This document shows, piece by piece, positions 46,176 through 60,515 of a stretch of DNA of 64,000 nucleotides. The position numbers and the translations under genes were made by a program. Source of the DNA: Eledone cirrhosa (Eukaryota). Location of the stretch: assembly GCA_964016885.1 (NCBI GenBank), contig OZ024743.1, forward strand, positions 82,646,001-82,710,000. The letters run 5' to 3'. Below the pieces are notes generated by a model. The model had not been told where the DNA came from. It saw nothing but the letters and a program-made list of their open reading frames with translations, and did no database searches. Within the stretch, counting starts at the first letter, position 1. Every line of letters starts with the position of its first letter.

Positions 46176-46726
46176 CACCACTATTACCACTACCACCACC
46201 ACTACTACTACTACCAGTACTGCAACCACTACAGCCTTATTACAATAAATCTAAATTATATTACTGAAAAAGTTGACATCGGTGGGATTTGAAATCAGGA
46301 CGTAAAGAGCCAGAACTCATACTGTAAATTATTTTGTCCATTGCTCTACCGATTCTACCAGCATGCCACCATAATAGTGTTTCCTCATTTAGACACAACA
46401 CCACATTTTCAGGGGGGGGGGGGTCTCAATTAAATAGAGGGCAGTACTTGACTGGTACTTTATTTTATTGACCTCCCATCTGAGCCCATAATATAGGAAG
46501 ACGTAACTCAATACCGCAAAGAATGTTGTCGGACGCTCTACCGATTCTGGCAAAATAGCACCTAGATAAAAACAATAATAATCTCGTCCATCTGTCAGTC
46601 CTTTACCGACCTACAGCACATTGTTTATCTACAATTATACATTATGTATCTTCATAGCAGCGACAGTAAACATTAGAGCGTTAAAATAACTATATATATC
46701 TATATGTCTGTCTGTTTATCTCTATA

Positions 46727-46767
<41 letters not shown>

Positions 46768-47274
46768 ATATCTGTCTGTCTGTCTGTATATCTGTCAGTG
46801 CATCGTGAACAGAGACGTTCACCCAAGATGATTTGAGTCGGCTCCGACTAATACATTCTCATGGAAAGAAGTCGGCTATACAGGGTGATCTCAGACGTCC
46901 GACACAGATATTGTCAGCCACCATTCTAACAGTGGTCAGCATACATGTGAGAATAAGTTCGACATCTGACTTCAAATAAAACAGATCAACCAAAATATAA
47001 ACTTGAGTATACAACCGGATTTTACGATCCAATTTTTCACTCCAAAAAAAGTGATAGTCGCGCTATATACAGGTCTTTGTTTAGATAGGTTGGTCATCGT
47101 ATATTTTCAGTGACCGTAACCTACCTGGTAGGCCTACCGCACGTTCTCACGTTACCGATGGTTAACCATAAGTCAGAGACTGAAAACAAAAGAAGTATAT
47201 ACATAGCACCCCCAACTTTCCTGACTTTCACACACAACTTTCATGTACCTACATGTTCTCTCCCTATCCGAACT

Positions 47275-47376
47275 TTCTTGACGAAGGACTTTCGGCCGAA
47301 ACGTAGAACTCTCCCCCACATCCTCTAAGCGTAAACCTAATAAGACTTTGTATTTGTGAATCCCTGTGTTTCATCT
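47275..47376 (+). mobile_element. Family I 3' end with minimal PLE-type HHR (C3 mutated)
   Basis: TTC-TTGACGA-AGG-actttcgg-CC-GAAAC-GTA-GAA; tail CCTCTAAGCG..CTAATA..CCTGTGTTT shared with 59246-59335; ends at (TA)n. Confidence 0.6.
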
Positions 47377-47392
47377 ATATATATATATATAC

Positions 47393-47578
47393 CGTATGTC
47401 CATTTTATTATTGATCTATGTAAAATATATTACAAAATATCATAGTAAGAAAATATACATACTACCCGCCGTCTTCAGAAATAATTGAAGACGGCGGGTA
47501 GAGAAGACGTATGTATATTTTCTTACTATGATATTTTGTAATATATTTTGCATAGATCAATAATAGAATGGACATACG
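47393..47578. mobile_element. Family H fold-back element with decayed HHR-like centre
   Basis: About 70-bp inverted arms with a few mismatches; centre CTACCCGCCGTCTTCA-gaaataat-TGAAGACGGCGGGTAG. Confidence 0.65.
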
Positions 47579-47777
47579 AGGAACTACCCCCCAGAAACGA
47601 TCGTAAAATAATGAGTTTTACTATGAATTAACCGTTTTTGTTTAATTTCATTGTTTTCACTATTTGTATTTTTGACTCTGTAGCCAATGAATGATATCGT
47701 TGAAATTTTGTATTTTAAACTTTGCTTCACATCTTCTACATACGGATTACATTGAGTTCTTCATACGGCTTAGACCC

Positions 47778-47892
<115 letters not shown>

Positions 47893-47975
47893 GTTATTCC
47901 GGGTTGAATCGGAGGTAACCACAGTAAGTAAGGTACTCAATACATTGCAGAGTATAAAAGTTTTAATATAGATGA

Positions 47976-48024
47976 AATTCTACAGGACTAGAACTGTTTC
48001 ATTCTTTAGAAATCATCAGGAATC
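47976..48024 (-). ncRNA. Type I hammerhead ribozyme, intact core
   Basis: GATTC-CTGATGA-TTTC-taaa-GAAT-GAA-ACAG-ttctagtc-CTGT-A-GAATT. Confidence 0.8.
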
Positions 48025-48025
48025 A

Positions 48026-48074
48026 GATTCCTGATGATTTCTAAAGAATGAAACAGTTCTAGTCCTGTAGAATC
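48026..48074 (+). ncRNA. Type I hammerhead ribozyme, intact core
   Basis: Stem I GATTC/GAATC, CTGATGA, stem II TTC/GAA, GAAA, stem III ACAG/CTGT, GUA triplet. Confidence 0.85.
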
Positions 48075-48077
48075 TCA

Positions 48078-48174
<97 letters not shown>

Positions 48175-48182
48175 TTTTGATA

Positions 48183-48376
48183 TAACAAAGGAATTGTGGT
48201 AAGGAACCAGATGGACCATAACGCACCAGAGTACTCAATACTTAGGGTAGTAGAGTGAGAAATCGGAAAAAGTATGACCCCGACGGCAGAGCTCAAGCCG
48301 TTTCGACGGCTATTTCTGGACTCCAGAAATAGCGTCGAAACAGCTTGAGCTCTGCCGTCGGGGTCATACTTTTTCC
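48183..48376 (-). mobile_element. Family A mini-element with inverted arm
   Basis: Palindrome centre TTTCTGGA-C-TCCAGAAA; TA-flanked. Confidence 0.9.
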
Positions 48377-48674
48377 TTTTTCTTATTTTGATATATATAT
48401 ATATATATATATATATACGAATCAAGAAATAAGATCATATTAATGTTGTGTATTAGCTGAAAGTTTTGAAGATATTTGTAAACTCGTAAGCTAACAATCA
48501 CACACACACACACACATACATATATCCACAATCTACTTTTTTATCGAAACCCCTACATTTCCCTGACAGTATATATGTGTGGGAGGGGGTCTAGAGGTGT
48601 GTGTATAAGCCTTAGCGACAATGTGTCTGACAGATACCTCCCCCCTCATACTTCTACATAGTTTTTACTACCAC

Positions 48675-48764
<90 letters not shown>

Positions 48765-49020
48765 CAGTGTATTTGAGGTTGGTGGCTGTATTTGTTATTA
48801 ACTCCATTCCAGTGCCAATACCCCATCACCAACACCACCAAAACCATCATCATCATCATCATCATATACATATAATGTATCTGTCAGCTCTATTAAACAG
48901 AGAGACAGGGCTAGCCATCATCATAGAATGTACTTTGAAAAAAATAAAAAATACGGTCTCTTCCTACATCTTACCAACATCCACCTCCTCTCACTGTCAG
49001 TTCTAATAGATAGATAGATG

Positions 49021-49070
<50 letters not shown>

Positions 49071-50114
49071 CGGATATATATATATAGAGAGAGAGATAGA
49101 TATAAATAGATAGATAGATAGACGGATATATATATATAGAGAGAGATATAAATAGATAGAGAGATGTGCAGGTATATATTGATAGGTGTGTAGCTAGATA
49201 GATAGATAGACAAATTGGTAGATAGATATGAAGTTAGCCCTCATCATAGTACTTTGAGAAAATCCAGTTCTACTGCTTCGTATGGAGGCACCAGCATCTC
49301 TTTATATTCTACTACTAACACTTTTCCTACCAAACTACATGAAAACGCTCCCGGTTATGTTTATTTTAAATTATTTATATTTATCTAAAATCTTTCCATC
49401 ATAATTTTATGTTGGAACCTTTAAGTTTTGTTCCAAACACCGGTTTAATAATGGAAAAGTTAATTGTATTGGTAAATTTCTCCAAATTCTTATTTCTAAA
49501 ATGATTTAGGAATTATAGACTTTTTATTAGAAATCTGGAAATGAAAGGGTTAAATAGACATAGTGTTGGTTATCAGTAAAGAATGTACTTTTAAAAATAT
49601 AAACCTCCTCAACTCTCACCAACACTCCGCCACTACCATCTCTGTATGTCTGTTAGTTCTATTAACATTTTTTATACCAACTCGGCCAAAACCAGATTCG
49701 TTTCTATAAAACAAAACCATCTATATTGAAGTGATCCTATTTAAAGTAAAATCTTCCAACATAATTTCAGTAGTGAAATTATTTTTAAAATGTAGTAAAT
49801 CCCTCTCAAAATTTTGTTTATTAATTAATTGAAATGTCGTGAATTTCATTAGATATATGACCATAAACAGTAATATATATATATATTAATATTAGTTATA
49901 TATATATATATATTAGAAAGTGAGGTTTTTTTTACAAAATGAAAAATAACCGAGGTGTCCTACACGAGTGAAAGTATAAAGAAAAAAAGATGAAATCGAA
50001 AATGCAACTGGAGTCTTATTTAAAAAAAAAATATATATATTTATTTGGTTCCTTTACCGGTTTCGCAGTTCTTCTGCTTTTCAAAAGTAGAGTTGAGATG
50101 GAGGGTCTGTGGTT

Positions 50115-50223
<109 letters not shown>

Positions 50224-50605
50224 TATGTGTATGTGTGTGTGTAGATATATATAGATATTTATATTGTATATATATTTGTGTTTGTATGTATCTATCTATC
50301 TCTATACACACAAACTCACACACTCAGTCACAACCTGTGAGGAGTCATTTTAGCAATTAAAAAAACAGTAAAACTGTTTACTTTTATATTTATCATATAT
50401 TTCTTAGTGTCAATATTACCGCTACTGCAACTGTGGAACTGTGTCGGCGGATAAATCGCAGACACCTCGACAAAAGAAATATATGAAATACAGTATGTGT
50501 TGTGTCGGTGTGCTTTAGGTGGGGATAAGATGTAATTGTTTTAGTTCCAACACTCGGTCTTAGATAAAGTCGCCTCACACGTTCAACAACGAATTAGACA
50601 CACAC

Positions 50606-50645
<40 letters not shown>

Positions 50646-50789
50646 AGACACACATACTCTTTTACTCTTTTACCTGCTCCAGCCATCCGGCTGAGGCCAT
50701 GCTGGGGCACCGCCCTTAGCATATATATATATATTAAAATTCTAATTCGAAGTATAGTTTTATTATTCATTTTATTAATGCTATATTGT

Positions 50790-50845
50790 GAGTCTTGTTA
50801 CTCTGGAGTTTCGCCTGTTTACTTCAGGGTCATGAGACGAGACTC
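50790..50845 (-). ncRNA. Full-length family C type I hammerhead with one core substitution (CUCAUGA)
   Basis: GAGTCTCGT-CTCATGA-C-CCTG-aagtaaa-CAGG-C-GAAAC-TCCAGA-GTA-ACAAGACTC; 8 of 9 bp in stem I. Confidence 0.75.
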
Positions 50846-50935
50846 AACGTTTCAATAGCAGACACAGCATACAGGGAGACTTGAATAACACAAACAATGC
50901 TCACTGTTTAGCCATAATAATAATTATATATATAT

Positions 50936-50996
50936 AAGTTATTCCGGGTTGAATCGGAGGTAACCACAGTAAGGTACTCAATACATAACAGAGTAT
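50936..50996 (-). mobile_element. Family B tail plus hairpin only
   Basis: Near-identical to 47893-47955; minus-strand hairpin ACTC-TGT-tat-GTA-TT-GAGTAC. Confidence 0.8.
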
Positions 50997-51041
50997 ATAT
51001 ATATATATATATATTAACAAACCAGGGAACTAGAATTCTTT

Positions 51042-51117
<76 letters not shown>

Positions 51118-51416
51118 AAAGAATTCTAGTTCCCTGGTTTGTTAATATATATATATATATATTAACAAACCAGGGAACTAGAATTCTTTCAATATATATA
51201 TATATATATATATAGACATAAAGATGAAAATGCACACATGAAGTACATGTAAGATAATAAGATTTGACATTAGACACTGTTATAAACTGTGGAACTTAGA
51301 GAATATATGTTGTTTAATGTTGTGATAAACGGTATATCGTAATTAGATACAATATTGGTTAGCATTTTTGGCTTTATCTCCTATATATTATCTAACTTGT
51401 CTGAACAGAGAACACC

Positions 51417-51579
<163 letters not shown>

Positions 51580-51659
51580 GCGTGTGTATCTCTATATATG
51601 TATATCTGTGTTTGTGTGTGTGTGTGAGCGAATATAGAAATAGTTGTGTTAATTATTGT

Positions 51660-51718
<59 letters not shown>

Positions 51719-51938
51719 TTATAAAAATGAATAAATGAAATCTTTATTAATATTATTATTATTCAGTAAAATACTAGGGATAATAAAATCAGTTAACTCC
51801 ACCTGAAATTGAACCGAAAATATTTAAACTTCGCCAAAAATATGTCAGTGTGTGCCATATACGAGGACGGGTTTAACATTTATTTTACCACTGATATATC
51901 CTGTGTATGTTTGTGTATATATATATATATATATATGC

Positions 51939-51972
<34 letters not shown>

Positions 51973-52878
51973 CCGTGTGTGTTGTTTTTAAATACGCTCA
52001 TCCTTCGATATTTTTATTTACTGAATACTTTCTATTTGTATTTCTACATGTTAAACTCGAAAATTGTTAATGGTATATATATATATATATATATATAGCA
52101 TCAAAATAATGCTTGTCTATTTATTCATTCGACAATGTATCTCTGCATTATTTCAGTAAATGATGTACAATATTAACCCCACAAATACCACCAGACTCTC
52201 CTTTTACCACACAAAACTGTTCATTTCAAACGGTTTATCTACAAATCTTTCATAATTTTATGTAAGAAATATTTTATGCGCCAAAACATCAACTTAATAA
52301 CGAGAAAGTTAGTTTTATTATTAAATCCTTATTTTCAAAATTATTTGAAAAGCCTCTTTTTCATTAAAATCTACGAGTAAAACATTTAGACTAGCATTAA
52401 ACTGTAGCAGGTTTTGGTTTGGTTTGTTTTGGTTGGGTTTTTAGCTTTGGATTTATGTCCAAACCCCTTTTCACCATTTCCATATTTCTAATGAAAGATA
52501 CTGTTTAATGCTTTTTGAAATAATTTTGAAAATAATCAAGAATTTCGAGAGATTTAGAAAAATAAGGAATTGGTGTTTAGAATATAAGAGAAAATTTCAA
52601 TATTAAAATATTATTATTTAAAAATATTATTATTTACTCACGAATACATATTTGCAACCTTGTTTTAGAAACTTAAAGCAGCTAGGAATCTGTGAACAAG
52701 GGACTGTTTCAAGCGGTTTGGTACCAAAAGGGTCATCTGGAATATGTAGACTCTACCCGAAAGTCTGTTACTCTGTACCAATATAACAAATCCCGATTTC
52801 TATTAATATTGAAACAATATAGTATTTACCAGGAATATAACTTAAAATCTAACCATATTAGTTAAATTCTCTCTCTCT

Positions 52879-52956
<78 letters not shown>

Positions 52957-53056
52957 AGAGAGAGAGAATTTAACTAATATGGTGAACACACACACAGAAA
53001 CAAAATGGCGTAGGACAGAAGAAAGGAAAGGCACAGAAACAAAGAAAGGAATCCCC

Positions 53057-53101
53057 AGTCACTGAAGAGGTCACAGAGTGTGTGACGAAAGGACTATGAC
53101 T
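53057..53101 (+). ncRNA. Type I hammerhead ribozyme, intact core, minimal stem III
   Basis: AGTCA-CTGAAGA-g-GTCACA-gagtg-TGTGAC-GAAA-GGA-CTA-TGACT; perfect 5-bp stem I and 6-bp stem II. Confidence 0.75.
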
Positions 53102-53448
53102 ATATGTAAACAACTATCTGGTTGTGGAACCAACCAACCAACCAGAAATTTATAAATTTGTAGATTTGTAAATTTATAAATATATAATAAATTGAAGTGA
53201 AAGCAACTGGTGCGTGTGTTTCTTATTGGCAACATGACCCTCCCAAAGTATAACAATATATATATATTGGAAAATGTGTGAAATCCTTGGTAAAGTTAGG
53301 AATATTTGTAAAAAGGAAAACAATGACTTCACTTGTAATTCTAATAATATTATAAAATTATTATAAAATTAAATCAAAATGTTTAGAATTATTATAAAAT
53401 TAAATCAAAATGTTTAGAACTACAAGTGAAGTCATTCGTTTCCTTTTT

Positions 53449-53551
<103 letters not shown>

Positions 53552-53773
53552 GTGTATGTTTGTGTACAACATATGCACTTTTGATAGAAAAGCAACCTTG
53601 GTTCTATAGTACAAAACTGTTTTTAAAGGGATTATATTTATCTAAAAGATCTTCCATTATAATTTTATGTAAGGCTTATGTTCCAGATATAAATAAGCTT
53701 AATAATTAGAAAGTATCCCAAATTCTTGAGAAACAGGCAGTGCTTTCCATTAGAATTATGGTAAGGAAAAGGT

Positions 53774-53823
<50 letters not shown>

Positions 53824-53923
53824 TCACTCACTCACTCACTCATTTTATTAAAACTTTTATTAAATAGCCTGAATAAAATACTTCATTGAGTACTCTTTTC
53901 TCTCAGCCGTCAACCACGTAGGG

Positions 53924-53978
<55 letters not shown>

Positions 53979-54170
53979 TGTATGGATCGCCGAATTTGTG
54001 AATTCTGAAGTGATTTACGATAAATAACACGTTTTCTATGTTCCCATGTTAGTAAAATGGCCAGCCATTTTATGACCACCCTAAACCACTCTCGTGAATG
54101 AAACGGGGATGTTGTTATAGCCTTATTTAATTGAGGAATTTTATCTAACACAGACACATATATACTTGTC

Positions 54171-54218
<48 letters not shown>

Positions 54219-54249
54219 GGTTTTCGGTGAATTACGAGTGGTGTACATA

Positions 54250-54394
<145 letters not shown>

Positions 54395-54653
54395 ATATTC
54401 GTCCATGAATGTGTGTTTGGTGGGAGACATCAGTGCATGAAGCATTTATTTCTATATAGTGAAATTTGAGTTTTTAACTATTAATAGTGGAAGTTTCCCT
54501 TTTCACCCTTACGACATCACCTACACACATAATAATATATAAAAATACCCGACATACACAATTTTATAGCTAAATAAATTAATAAATTGTGACAGCCTTC
54601 CAACATACAAGCGAATGAATTATCCAGTTTCTTCGTGGACTTATCGATATATA

Positions 54654-54731
54654 TAACAAAGAAATTGTGGTAAGGCACCAGGTGAACCATAATGCACCAG
54701 AGTACTCAATACTGTGGGTAGTGGAGTGGGT
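54654..54731 (-). mobile_element. Family A tail plus hairpin only
   Basis: Homology to 7673-7750. Confidence 0.75.
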
Positions 54732-55443
54732 TCCTGACTCTTTTCATATATAAATATATAATTTTATGATGTCAGAATCTTGATGTTATATATATATGTA
54801 AAGATTCTGACATAAAAATTATGATTAAAGGTCTTTAAATAAATAGAAACACTATCCACATGTTGTTACTGGGTTTCTAAGGAAATACACTGTATTTGAT
54901 TTGTAAAATAACCAAGATTTGGGAGGGTTTCTCAGTAAATTAGTGTTTGGAACATAACTTAACAAAGGGTTCTTATATAAATTAAATACAGTAAAACTTG
55001 ATTAAGCTTGATATACAAAAAGACTATATACATATACACGTGTAATATGTGTGTGTGTGTACTTGTAAAGTATTTTAGAATGTAGATTCCTCGACTGCGC
55101 CTTTCATCCTTACGGGGTCGATAAAATAAAGTACCAGTAATGCACTGGGTAATTGCTGGCCTTGTGCCTAAAGTAGAAACAATTATTATTTCTGATACTA
55201 GAGATGAAATATAGATTGAAATATAGATTGAACCTATATCAATCATATAGGAGACAAACGTAAAAGAAAATATAATAGGCCACGACCATTGTAAATACGT
55301 TGAGGATAACAACTATTGCTTATAATTGTGTCTACGTTTGGCACAAGGCCAGCAATTACCCAGTGCATTACTTTTACTTCATTTTATCGACCCCGTAAGG
55401 ATGAAAGGCAAAGTTAACCTCGGGATGACTGTTTATACACACA

Positions 55444-55505
<62 letters not shown>

Positions 55506-55609
55506 GTAAAGAGAGAGAAAGAGCCACCTTTCCTATCGAGAAACATAATCATCATACATATGTTTTGATACCTTAAATAGCATATATATAGTAATAAATA
55601 TATATATAA

Positions 55610-55643
<34 letters not shown>

Positions 55644-55646
55644 TTT

Positions 55647-55847
55647 TATAGAAGGAGCTTCTACAGGACTAGTACTGTTTCATTCAGATGAAATCTTCAG
55701 AAATCTTCAGAGCTGCCTGAAGATTTCATCTGAATGAAACAGTACTAGTCCTGTAGAAGCTCCTTCTATAAAATAAAAAAAATTTACTCTGCCATGTATT
55801 GAGTACCTTACTTACTGTGGTTATCCCCGACTCAACCCGGGACCTAC

Positions 55848-55849
<2 letters not shown>
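55647..55849 (+). mobile_element. Family B mini-element with inverted arm; HHR at 55710-55762 (+)
   Basis: GAGCTGC-CTGAAGA-TTTC-atct-GAAT-GAAACAG-tactagtc-CTGTA-GAAGCTC; hairpin ACTC-TGC-cat-GTA-TT-GAGTAC; TA-flanked. Confidence 0.85.
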
Positions 55850-55882
<33 letters not shown>

Positions 55883-55885
<3 letters not shown>

Positions 55886-55972
55886 CGAAGGAAATGTGGT
55901 AAGGAACCAGGTGGACCATAACGCACCAAAGTACTCAATACTTGGGGTAGTAGAGTGGGTAATAGGAACCAG
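55883..55972 (-). mobile_element. Family A tail plus hairpin, ending in a triplicated 19-bp junction
   Basis: Homology to family A; AATAGGAACCAGTATATAT occurs three times at 55961-56017. Confidence 0.8.
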
Positions 55973-56207
55973 TATATATAATAGGAACCAGTATATATAA
56001 TAGGAACCAGTATATATAAAGCAGTGACAGCTTGGAACCGTTAATACACGTATGGTTTTAGGAATGCTACTGTTCCAAGCATGGAGAACTAATAAGGAAA
56101 TGGCAAATATCCGTAATACAAACGATCAAAACGGAGTGGAGTCGTGTTTTTTTATATAACATGTTTGAACGAAAGTCTCTTCCCTAGTTCTGGGACTAGC
56201 TGCATTT

Positions 56208-56272
<65 letters not shown>

Positions 56273-56424
56273 CACACACGTAAATTTGACAGCTTTACAT
56301 GTTTACATATATACATTATATGTGTGTGTGTGGATGTTTCAAATATTACGGTATTTTAAATACAAATTCTTATATATATGCAGATAAATCTACCAAAATG
56401 TAACGATGTTAAATTTGCGTATGC

Positions 56425-56508
<84 letters not shown>

Positions 56509-56897
56509 TTATATATACGCATACGCATACGTAAATTTAACATCGTTACATGTTTCTATATATATACTCAATGTATATATATATTTCCATATACGTATTT
56601 ATAATGTCGGTTAAACACTACTCTGTATTCATGTATACTATGTATGTGATTTGATAGCAAACTGTCTGGAATCGCCCTATTCTACAATACATAGCTATTT
56701 AAAACCTTCCAATAGTATTTTTATATCATAACCTTTGTTAAGTTATGCTCCATATCTTAATACTAACTTAATGTGAAAGTTTGTTGTCTTTACTAAATCC
56801 CTCCACGTTATCAGTTATTTTTAAAACGATCTGAAAAAATATCTGTAAGCAGTGTTCTTCGTGGGAAATATGGTAACGAATGATGTGTGTGTGTGTG

Positions 56898-57019
<122 letters not shown>

Positions 57020-57582
57020 TATGTAGTTAAAATACCAATCAGTAACTGATGGAGAACTCAATACTGGTGGTTAGAGTGCAGAAATATATTTTCTAAGTAG
57101 AAAAGTAACAGTGAATTCTAAGTTTCTTCATGTATGTATATTATTTGAAACGCTTTACTGATCTGTAGGATGTATATATTTTATAGGAGCCTCGGCTCTA
57201 GAACAGCGTTTCAAATAATCTACATACATGAAGAAACTTAGAATATATATATATATGCAAAAGGCAAACAGAAATAACAAACCAAACGGCACAATACAAT
57301 CAAGAAATATTTTATTAGTTTTACGCAGACACATGCACACTCATATATATTTTATACACACCCATATATATTTTATACGCACTCATATATATTTTATACA
57401 CACCCATATATATTTTATACACACTCATATATATTTTATACACACTCATATATATTTTATACACACCCATATATTTTGACATGGTTTATTCTTATAAAAA
57501 GCTTCGCAGTAGATCCACACATCATACATTTATATTGATACGCACATACATACATACAATCATACATACATACACACATGCA

Positions 57583-57705
57583 TAGTCATGAGGGTCTGGG
57601 GAATGAGTACTCAATACCATAATATAGAATATATTTACTTGATCCAAACATGTTACTCTGGAGTTTCTTCAGAGTAACTAGACATAAAATAGGCCTTAAT
57701 AATGA
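57583..57705 (-). mobile_element. Family C-related element with short fold-back
   Basis: GAGTACTCAATACC on plus, then GTTACTCTGGAGTTTCTTCAGAGTAAC palindrome. Confidence 0.6.
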
Positions 57706-57884
57706 TTATAATATTGTGTGTGTGTGTATGTATGTATTTATATATATATAATCTATACACATAAATATATATACATAATATTTATATATAATCTATACAA
57801 ACAGATATGTATGTATATACATACAGAAACCTCGACGTTAGCAGTACTGGTGATGATGACAATAGAATTTGTGTCAGTGTGTTG

Positions 57885-57922
<38 letters not shown>

Positions 57923-58185
57923 GGGGGGGACTCTATATTGTAGTAGACTAGAGTTTGCTCTCACCAATCAACCGACTGCCTGGCTGTACTTTCAAGGCAC
58001 CTGGCCTAATGGTTAGCGTGCCCGACTCCCCAACGTAAAGTCGTCAGTTCGATTCTCAGCAAAACACTTTATTTTCCCCTTTATTCCATTCCGCTGCAAA
58101 ACATTAGTTTTACCAGCGTCTATATTTCAACTAGCCTTTATGTTACACTGTCACTATGAACTACCATCTACGTTAAACGTGTAGA

Positions 58186-58600
58186 GTCACGTGGTCTACC
58201 GATAAGGGTGTTGGGACTTAAGATCATAAGGTTATGGGTTCGTATTGCTGGACCGGGTTGTGTTTCGTGTTCTTGAGCAAAACACTTCATTTCACGCTAT
58301 TCCAGTATACTCAGCTGAAAATCTGTACCAGCAATAACTGGAGGTTTAACCCTGCAATGGACTGGCGTCCTGTCCAGAAGGATGTCTTGTACTCTGCGTC
58401 GCTTCATGCCAGGAAACCGGCCTGGTGAGCCTCCCACATGAGACAGATATGTTAAAAGTGCACGTTGGAATTCTCTCAGCCATTTGACCAAAAAGATAGA
58501 CTTTCCCTGTAAATCATGTGACACCCTGTTCTGCTGAATCTCCCCGAGAACTATCATAATGATATACGTGTCTATTGAATGCTCAACAACTTGAACCCTC
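58186..58600 (+). mobile_element. SINE type 1, long diverged form
   Basis: tRNA-like head, TTCTTGAGCAAAACACTT core and GCTGAATCTCCC sub-repeat shared with 43800-44100; further heads near 23591, 57996 and 63756, and on minus at 34330-34437. Confidence 0.6.
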
Positions 58601-59024
58601 GTCGTTGGAATAACCCCTCCACATACACACACACTGCTATATTGGCCCCAATAACCGATTTACCGTGTGATTGGCAGGTTGGCCGGCGTGCTGGTAGGTT
58701 TGTTGACAGGATGGCTGGATGGAGAGAATAATTCGATTGAGTAGATTTCTGGGTGAGAGGGAGGGCAGGTTTGCTTGAGTTGTTGGCTGGTAGGTTGGCT
58801 GGCTGGGAGGCTAGCAAGCTGCTTAAATAGTGTAGTGAGATCATCAAAGCACCGTATAGACAAGCCGACAACGACGACCAAAGCTGCCGACTTCTGTTCC
58901 AGCTGACAATAAAAGCCCTATTTACTATTACCATTTTTTTTTAGAATTATGTTTTCGGTATTTTGTTGCTGTGCTTAGATTTATTTGATTTTTATTAATA
59001 TTTTTTTTTTGTGACCCCATTTTG

Positions 59025-59105
<81 letters not shown>

Positions 59106-59201
59106 CGTGTATGTATGTATATATAATGATAGAGAGAGAGAGATCAAAAAGTATATGTATAACTAGGTCTAAATATATATATGTATGCCTATCCATCTCT
59201 T

Positions 59202-59245
<44 letters not shown>

Positions 59246-59347
59246 GGACTTCTGCCTGAAACGATGAACCCTCCTCAAATTTCTCCTCTAAGCGCGAAAC
59301 TAATATAACTAGTTTTTATTTCCTGTGTTTGTTTTGTTTCATTTATT

Positions 59348-59651
<304 letters not shown>

Positions 59652-59677
59652 TATATATATATATATATATATATACA

Positions 59678-59847
59678 CAGGTAAAATTCCTTTATAACGA
59701 ATACCATTAGAACGGATCTTTCAGTATAGCGAAATTTCTTTCAATCCCCGACCACACACTTGATGTGTTAGATCGATCCCGTTATAAAGAATTTTTCGTT
59801 ACAACGAATTTTTTATACCCCTTGGATTTCGTTATAACGGAATTTCA

Positions 59848-59850
<3 letters not shown>
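59678..59850. mobile_element. pogo/Tigger-like (Tc1-mariner) MITE
   Basis: Imperfect TIRs CAG(G)TAAAATTCCTTTATAACGAA / TTCGTTATAACGGAATTTCACTG, internal TATAACG repeats, TA context. Confidence 0.8.
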
Positions 59851-59897
<47 letters not shown>

Positions 59898-60332
59898 CAA
59901 ATCGTTATGATTATTTTTATCAATCGACTGGGAATTAAATAAATTAAAGGTTTACATGTTTACTTATTTATTCAGTATCGATTAATTCAAATGTGGGGGA
60001 GGGGGTCCTGTTTAGATGTGAGACCCAACTAAACTGGGTATTAGTGGTGGTGGTGGCGGTGGTGGTGTTGGTACTGGTGGTGGTGGTGGTGGAAGTAGTA
60101 GTAGTGGTGGTGGTGGTATTAGTAGTAGTAGTAGTGGTGGTGGTGGTAGTAGTATTAGTAGTAGTAGTGGTGGTGGTGGTAGTAGTAGTGGTGGTAGTCG
60201 TAATAGTAGTAGTGGTAGTGGTAGTAGCAGTAGCAGTAGTAGTGGTGTCTGTTACAGCTCATCAGTCAATTTAGAAATTGATGAAATAAAGAAAATTGAG
60301 GGACAAAAAAAAACAGGATATTATCAGTAATA

Positions 60333-60515
60333 ATTGTTTCTACTTTTGGCACAAGGCCAGCAATTACCTTCAGTGTATTACTGGTACTTTATCTTATCGA
60401 CCCTGTAAGGATGAAAGGCAACGTTGACCGGTGGGATTTGAAGTCAGACTGTAAAGGGCCGTAACTGTATGCTGCACCGCATGTTGTTCGACCCTCTACC
60501 GATACTGCCCAGTCA
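60333..60515 (-). mobile_element. SINE type 2
   Basis: Reverse-complement homologue of 31878-32062. Confidence 0.75.
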
